Virus record (IMG/VR): IMGVR_UViG_3300003885_000004
Span: 1 to 52,649 of that record
Length of the DNA stretch: 52,649 nucleotides
Strand: one strand, 5' to 3'
From: a virus
Lineage: Duplodnaviria; Caudoviricetes
Position 1 is the first letter of the stretch. Each line of letters begins with the position of its first letter. The translations under genes and the position numbers were made by a program. Of the stretch, positions 47,197 to 52,649 are shown one piece after another. The notes beneath the pieces were generated by a model. That model searched no databases. It was not told the origin of the DNA and worked only from the letters and a program-made list of their open reading frames with translations.

Positions 47197-47397
47197 TTAA
47201 TCACTCTTTGCACTAGAGATTACGTACCCATTAAGAATAGCTACTAGAGCTAAGACAAAAGACAAAGCCCTTTCATTCTGCTCTGCTGTAGCAACCTTTT
47301 CAACACTAATAAGGTCATACACAAGCCCAAGCAACAACATGCTAATGGAGAGAGTCAAAATCAACATGATAAAGTCTATAGGGGCCCATTTAGACAT
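47197..47397 (-). CDS. two-TM membrane protein, holin candidate
   Basis: 66 aa with two hydrophobic helices. Confidence 0.5.
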   Translation of the reverse strand: MSKWAPIDFIMLILTLSISMLLLGLVYDLISVEKVATAEQNERALSFVLALVAILNGYVISSAKSD

Positions 47398-47403
47398 TTA
47401 AAA

Positions 47404-47793
47404 TCACCCACCGTCAATCATGTGATACCTGACTTTGGACGTTCCAACGGCATTCCTTATCATAAACAAAGAAGCAACACTTGCATTCAGCTCCAAGACA
47501 GCAGGCACCCCTGGAGTTAACTTGCCAATGTATACCCCAGTAGCAAATCCATACTGAACAAACTCCCCTGTAACAACCAGAGTATCATCTGTATCATCAA
47601 TAAGGGATAGTACGCCATTACTAAGAAACTCCGCAGGTATAGCTACTGTCACCTCAGGCGTATCTGTAACATCTATGCGATCACCCTTCTCAAAGTCACC
47701 AACAGTCAATGGAACACTAATATCCCCGTGACCCTGTTGTCTAGGGGATGATGTATTGGTAACTGAGCCAGTTACTATTAATTCTTGTGCCAT
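47404..47793 (-). CDS. putative virion structural protein
   Basis: GGGGA RBS; beta-rich acidic protein. Confidence 0.6.
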   Translation of the reverse strand: MAQELIVTGSVTNTSSPRQQGHGDISVPLTVGDFEKGDRIDVTDTPEVTVAIPAEFLSNGVLSLIDDTDDTLVVTGEFVQYGFATGVYIGKLTPGVPAVLELNASVASLFMIRNAVGTSKVRYHMIDGG

Positions 47794-47814
47794 CTTATTT
47801 GTCCCCCGATAATC

Positions 47815-49860
47815 TTATTGATCCGCTAGTAAAGAAATGTCCTGTGGCTTACGAGTAGTCAACAACCACTTATCTTTCATGCCCCTCATCTGATTTGCCC
47901 ACTCAACACTGAAGTCTGAGGCATCATTATCTGCTTCAAACTCTATCGCATCACATTTAGAGGCACAATAGCTAAGCAACTCTTCAAAATATACACTTGC
48001 CTCTGCATTACTATTCAAGAAAGCATACTTTATCTTGGCTGAAGCCTGGAAGTTAGCTAGTCTAGTGTTATTCCTCCAACTAGTTACAGTAAAGTTAACC
48101 GGTGAATACACTAATATAGCCCCAGGGTCCTTCAACCTAAGCATGTCTATGATCGCCCTATTAGCATCAAAAAGGTCCACTATTGTATTTAGGACATTTA
48201 TATCTGCATATTGATCTCTACCAGTCAATAAAGTTCCATCTGTCCAATTAACACCACCAGCCCCGGCACTACCTAGGTTATCTGTAGCTAACTGCCAAGT
48301 AGGATTAACTGTACCATCCAACCACTGATAGAACTTATCTGCTAAGGTAGAGTTAGTCTCATAGCTCTGTATCTTCTGAGCAGATATGTAATACCCATCA
48401 ACATTAGGCTCCAATCTTCTTTGTGCAACAATATGATCTGTATACAAGTCCAACCAAGCAAGTCCATTGGGGTCTTGAGGATTAAAGTTCATCTTATTGG
48501 CTTGAGCATACCAATTAACTGCTGGACCACCACCCGTAGGATTATTAGTCAACGTAATAAAATACGGGCTAGTTATCAGTGTACCTGCACTAGTCAAAGC
48601 ACTATAAGATGCAGGCATGACATATCCGGCACCCTCTATCTGAGCCTGAGCTACTGACCAAGCAGGTGCTGGTGCCGCAGGCACCATCCCCATAGCTGCT
48701 GTAGGTAAAGGAACTACATTACCGTCTTTATCAACTATTGTACCCCACTCTCTCTCAGGAAATTGAAGTCCTGTATTAGCCCACATCCACCACAAATCAA
48801 ATCTTAGAAAGGCTAAACATTTCGCATTAGGGACATTAGCCTTTACTGAATTTAGCTCATCTTTTTGATCCTGTCTATACTGCGGCCCGGACCATTGCAA
48901 GTCAGTGTACGTATAATACTCATACTTACGCACATCATCCCAAGTCCACAGTAACTTATTGACCACATTATCATAAATACGTGTTGCCCCTCCCCCGATA
49001 TTATCAAATAGAGGTTCAGATGGATACAATATTATCCGTTTAGTGGTCGGTCTATCCGTACTCTCCAGAGTAACTAGTTGAGAATTATCTGGTAACACCT
49101 GTATACGATAGACACTAGTAGCTCCCTGCTCTTTAGCCTCTCCAGGCTCAGTATCACTGCTAGTCTTAAAGTTACCCCAGTTAACATGATGATTCCCTAC
49201 AGCGTCCTGCTTCATTATCAGCTTGACAACATCACCTGGAGAAACGCCTGTGACCAGACTGGGCATAGTATTCCCGGTTAAAGTCACCTCTCCAGTGGTG
49301 TCACTAGTCGCATCAAAGGCTAGGGCAGTATTAAATGCCAAAGAAAGAACACTATTTAGCCTATTAACTGCTGCCGAAGCACCACTACTCAGCACATTTA
49401 TCTCGCATTCGGCTAGGTCATCTATGGGACTTAGGGTCGATTCAGCCGCTACAGGCACTGTAAACCATGTGGCATTATTGATTACCGGCCCTGTAACACT
49501 ATAGAATAGTGTCCTTGTAGGGTCCCCTTTCTGCCTTATTATCACCAAATCGCCATTATCTAGTGTCAATAACAGCTTCGAAACAGCTAAAGAGTGCAGT
49601 GATGACTGCGAAATGTTCAGCTCTGTCGCCGATGAGGGCAGTACATTATTGATCTTTAGAAACCCAGGTCCAGGGTCACTAGTGGCTATATTAGTTGAAA
49701 ACTGGTAATGTAGGAGCCCATTTGGAAGAGACTTATAGTACACAAGGGGGGTATAGCGACCCTTAGAAACACCGCCAACTATTATCGGTGTATGGTCTTG
49801 CGTTGGGTTAACAGATGATTGTTGTGGGACTGTGCCGTCCATCACGGGTATTACGGCCAT
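47815..49860 (-). CDS. fibre-like virion protein with possible C-terminal glycoside-hydrolase-like domain
   Basis: FSTN....DPGPG.L..N fibre-type domain, LI.KQDAVG motif, aromatic-rich C-terminal region with DGYY. Confidence 0.55.
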   Translation of the reverse strand: MAVIPVMDGTVPQQSSVNPTQDHTPIIVGGVSKGRYTPLVYYKSLPNGLLHYQFSTNIATSDPGPGFLKINNVLPSSATELNISQSSLHSLAVSKLLLTLDNGDLVIIRQKGDPTRTLFYSVTGPVINNATWFTVPVAAESTLSPIDDLAECEINVLSSGASAAVNRLNSVLSLAFNTALAFDATSDTTGEVTLTGNTMPSLVTGVSPGDVVKLIMKQDAVGNHHVNWGNFKTSSDTEPGEAKEQGATSVYRIQVLPDNSQLVTLESTDRPTTKRIILYPSEPLFDNIGGGATRIYDNVVNKLLWTWDDVRKYEYYTYTDLQWSGPQYRQDQKDELNSVKANVPNAKCLAFLRFDLWWMWANTGLQFPEREWGTIVDKDGNVVPLPTAAMGMVPAAPAPAWSVAQAQIEGAGYVMPASYSALTSAGTLITSPYFITLTNNPTGGGPAVNWYAQANKMNFNPQDPNGLAWLDLYTDHIVAQRRLEPNVDGYYISAQKIQSYETNSTLADKFYQWLDGTVNPTWQLATDNLGSAGAGGVNWTDGTLLTGRDQYADINVLNTIVDLFDANRAIIDMLRLKDPGAILVYSPVNFTVTSWRNNTRLANFQASAKIKYAFLNSNAEASVYFEELLSYCASKCDAIEFEADNDASDFSVEWANQMRGMKDKWLLTTRKPQDISLLADQ

Positions 49861-49905
49861 ACTCTTATCCTCTTTATTTTATGCAGGTACATACAACACA
49901 TACTG

Positions 49906-50088
49906 TCACCACCCTATCTCGTCCGTAGCGCTCCACCCTATACTGTCAGTTGCATCCCATCCCTGAGCATCACCACCTGGCCCAGGTGCCGGAGTCTTCT
50001 TAGAGTTTACAAAGACTTTAGCCATCCCTAGCCCTATTAAGCTGGACGTTAGAATAGCAGCTACTATTGTGTCCAAATAGTCAATCAT
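49906..50088 (-). CDS. small protein with N-terminal TM and GW.ATD repeats
   Basis: Operon packing. Confidence 0.55.
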   Translation of the reverse strand: MIDYLDTIVAAILTSSLIGLGMAKVFVNSKKTPAPGPGGDAQGWDATDSIGWSATDEIGW

Positions 50089-50095
50089 ACTGTAT

Positions 50096-50692
50096 CTACG
50101 CCTCTGTCTCTACCAAGGGAATACTGTCGTCCATGCTCATCACAGTCATATCAGGAGTTATCCGAGTCTTTTGTTGGATAAATGACACCTCTGCCTCCAC
50201 CCTCTGTTCGAACACCTCAGCTATCCGTCTATTCTCTGTCCCACACACATCATGCATTAGTCGAACAAGTTGCCCCACCACGTCATACAAGTCACCAACA
50301 GAGAAGTTAGTCTTCGTATTGTTCTTGATGTCGCTCGCAGTTTTAGCACACTTAGTCACCTTCTCTAGGCTATCATGCATTACCGCCCCAGCAAACATAG
50401 TTGCCTCTCGGAGTTTAGCATTGTCTTTGTCCTTCACCCACATAGAATGGGCCTTGCCAAACATCTCTACAGAGACACCTGCTGACTCCCTCATAAGCCC
50501 TAGCTCTTCTAAGACAGACACCTGATCCTCTGTACTCTCTGATAAGATGTCTGTCAGTCGGTCCTTAAGAGTCTTAGTTAGAACTGATGAATAAAACTTA
50601 GGGAGTTTCTGCGCAGACCTTCTATACTTCTCGAATTTCTGATGATTTTCGAGGATACCCTGTACCTCAGGATTGTTTATGTCTGCAATCAT
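50096..50692 (-). CDS. hypothetical protein, terminase small subunit candidate
   Basis: First gene of the late operon, helical, about 200 aa; positional inference only. Confidence 0.45.
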   Translation of the reverse strand: MIADINNPEVQGILENHQKFEKYRRSAQKLPKFYSSVLTKTLKDRLTDILSESTEDQVSVLEELGLMRESAGVSVEMFGKAHSMWVKDKDNAKLREATMFAGAVMHDSLEKVTKCAKTASDIKNNTKTNFSVGDLYDVVGQLVRLMHDVCGTENRRIAEVFEQRVEAEVSFIQQKTRITPDMTVMSMDDSIPLVETEA

Positions 50693-50712
50693 TTGTTTAC
50701 TCGTAGACCATC

Positions 50713-51237
50713 TTACTCGTAGACCTGCCTCAGTTTACCTAAGGCAATATCCAAGTCCGATTTCACTGTCCGCCTGTCCGAACAAACTAATTTAGATACC
50801 TCCGTCAAAGTTACCTGTTCCATTACTAGTGACTTAACTAGGTAGACCTCATACCCGGTCAGATACCCGGATAGAGTATCCTCTACCTCCTTTATACTGT
50901 TATTCTGGTCCGAATGGCAAACCAAATTGTTATTTAGTGAAGATTGCTCAAATTGCTCAAAGTGTCCATTACTATTGCTACCTGTATGTTTAATCACCCT
51001 CAGTTTTATACAATAGCAAATCCAATCAAGCAAGTTAGGTTGTTTTATTGAGTCCCAATTCTCTATATAAATAGGGATCAAATAAAGGACATAGTTAGAA
51101 TACAGTTCATCAAAATCGTGTCTCCTTCGATATTTCTCAATTATACTACGAAACCTTTTGTCGTATTTATCTATGAATTGTCCTGCTTCCTCCCCGTAAT
51201 CTTCCCAAGCCTTCCTTAACTTTTCTTCATAGGACAT
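50713..51237 (-). CDS. sigma70/ECF-like transcription factor
   Basis: Region-2-like DFDELYS...WD.....W; region-4 HTH TLTEVSKLVCSDRRTVKSDLDIALGKLR. Confidence 0.7.
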   Translation of the reverse strand: MSYEEKLRKAWEDYGEEAGQFIDKYDKRFRSIIEKYRRRHDFDELYSNYVLYLIPIYIENWDSIKQPNLLDWICYCIKLRVIKHTGSNSNGHFEQFEQSSLNNNLVCHSDQNNSIKEVEDTLSGYLTGYEVYLVKSLVMEQVTLTEVSKLVCSDRRTVKSDLDIALGKLRQVYE

Positions 51238-51243
51238 AATCTA

Positions 51244-51306
51244 TGCCATTTAAATGGTAGTTGTTGATCTTTTGATATTGGCTATTTGCCATTTAAATGG
51301 TAGTTG
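51244..51306. promoter_or_regulatory. two 20-bp direct repeats TGCCATTTAAATGGTAGTTG, each with the perfect palindrome CCATTTAAATGG (operator-like)
   Basis: Palindromes at 51246-51257 and 51289-51300, directly upstream of the sigma-like gene. Confidence 0.7.
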
Positions 51307-51391
51307 ATGTTGACAATGGGACGAGGGTGAAGGGTCACCCGCTCGGCCGAAAATTGACATGTTTTCGTCATAAGGAATTCCTTTTTTGTCA

Positions 51392-51532
51392 TGGTCATAC
51401 CCTGGTCATACCCGAGTATAACCCAAGTCATACCCAAGTATAACTCTGGTCATACTTTTATTTTACAAGAGTATAACTCAAGTATAACTCAAGTATAACT
51501 CAAGTATAACTCAAGTATAACTCTGGTCATAC
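51392..51532. repeat. 11-bp tandem repeats AAGTATAACTC (about 5 contiguous units) and related GGTCATACCC units
   Basis: Directly visible. Confidence 0.9.
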
Positions 51533-52210
51533 CATACTATTAGACAATTGACTAACGACCGACTGCATATATGCGCGGGCCGCATCAACATGCAATGGGT
51601 CCTGAACATCATGGACCATACCTTTGTCTAAGTATGGCTTGAAGATAGTATGAGCAATCTTGTTGGCGATATCATACCCATACTCATCCGTAAGCTCTCT
51701 TAAGCATGCCATGAACTGGCCATAGTACACATGTATACAATCTTTTCCGTCCTGGTATTGATGCATGCAATCACGGCAGACTCTTATGAAACCATAAGAC
51801 ACCCAATACGGAACAACCAACCAGTGGGCGTACGTCGACGGCACTTCCTGCTGACAGCATGGACACTTAGGTATCTGCCACGTCCAGTCATTCACTGTGT
51901 TGCGCTTGAGATTTTTATATTGACTTAGTTTTATAAGGTGTTTTGCTGCTTGTTTTGGGTTCTTCGAGCCACCCCCTAGGCAGTCTACTGCGTCTATTGG
52001 AGCGAAAACAGCTAGTGCTTTGGCCGATTTGTACAGGTCCCCAGATTCCTTAAGTGACAAATTACGGTATTTTTGTATTAGTAAGAGTCTATTTGTGACA
52101 TTATTATGGCTCAAATTGGCACTTAAATTAGCCCTTTCAAGGTCGATCTGAGCGTATCTGCGTGATATAAGCGAAAGTGACCTAGGGGATGATTGCCTGC
52201 TTGTTGACAT
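51527..52210 (-). CDS. Zn-finger (CxxC...H...CxxC, HNH-like) protein
   Basis: CPCC...AHW...CRDC; AGGAG RBS before ATG 52210. Confidence 0.6.
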   Translation of the reverse strand: MSTSRQSSPRSLSLISRRYAQIDLERANLSANLSHNNVTNRLLLIQKYRNLSLKESGDLYKSAKALAVFAPIDAVDCLGGGSKNPKQAAKHLIKLSQYKNLKRNTVNDWTWQIPKCPCCQQEVPSTYAHWLVVPYWVSYGFIRVCRDCMHQYQDGKDCIHVYYGQFMACLRELTDEYGYDIANKIAHTIFKPYLDKGMVHDVQDPLHVDAARAYMQSVVSQLSNSMV

Positions 52211-52558
52211 GACTTGCTCCTGACATGTTTGCGGTAGTTGAGGGTCCACGACATTAAACCTAGTAGATAAATTAGGCTGCTGGAATCCCAGCCTGGTGAA
52301 GTAACTTGTACAGCAGCGCTCTCCCCATGAAAATAATCTGTACAAAAACGCCAAATCATATCTCTCATTTACCCCCATATATAGAACGTATGTGTACACA
52401 ATATATATACCTTCGCTCAACAAAAATAAGAATATAAGAAGAAGAAGGTATAAGAACAGTAAGAATAGGTAAGTTGTATTTTAAGCTAAGCTTTTTTGGT
52501 TTGAAGAATGCGGTGGTGAAAGTTATATCACCTAGCTGAAAAAACTACGCTCCAGCAT

Positions 52559-52649
52559 ACCACGAACATGTCAACCACGAACATGTCAACCACGAACATG
52601 TCAACCACGAACATGTCAACCACGAACATGTCAACCACGAACATGTCAA
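52559..52649. repeat. 15-bp tandem repeat ACCACGAACATGTCA x6, continuous with the window start
   Basis: Directly visible. Confidence 0.95.

Noticed and set aside
599-51928. Plus-strand ORFs in the ORF track
   Set aside because: Nearly all lie antisense to well-supported minus-strand genes and lack RBSs or motifs.
1-52649. Genome-wide alternative genetic code (TGA = Trp/Gly) as the explanation for the in-frame UGAs
   Set aside because: Many genes, including polA, the primase-helicase, SNF2 and terL, end at TGA in ATGA overlaps, and long genes are not fragmented. Any readthrough must be site-specific.

Overview
The window looks like an essentially complete, circularly assembled ~52.6 kb tailed dsDNA phage genome. 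Both ends fall inside the same 15-bp tandem array, and nearly all credible genes lie on the minus strand. A dockerin + PEP-CTERM protein, an SHD1-like protein, a CAP-domain protein, Cys-rich tail proteins and CsrA point by inference to a Planctomycetota (PVC) host. Modules in minus-strand order: (1) Zn-finger protein and sigma-like factor; (2) packaging and head genes: TerL, Mu gp29-like portal, accessory virion proteins, a doubled gp36-like adaptor, Mu-like protease, decoration protein and lambda E-like capsid; (3) sipho-type tail with a G/GT -1 frameshift, a short tape measure and a beta-helix tailspike; (4) replication: SNF2 helicase, duplicated SSB-like genes, DnaG-type primase fused to an MCM-like helicase, PolA and CsrA; (5) an orphan RuvB-like ATPase; (6) an early region of small genes separated by a repeated leader; (7) a pentapeptide-repeat protein and a VRR-NUC nuclease. 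I recognised no integrase, repressor, endolysin, tRNA or CRISPR array. The strongest novel signal is two in-frame UGA codons (46736 and 27183). In each, the frame stays open to just before the next gene, and a hairpin with the same A-G(G/U)C-U tip sits 21-23 nt downstream. One UGA completes a CxxU motif. This fits SECIS-directed selenocysteine recoding, or another programmed UGA readthrough, in a phage. Also notable: a tandem pair of covarying structured RNA elements with a GGA array upstream of the primase-helicase, and a shared phage promoter motif. All family assignments come from motif recognition by eye; no database searches were run.
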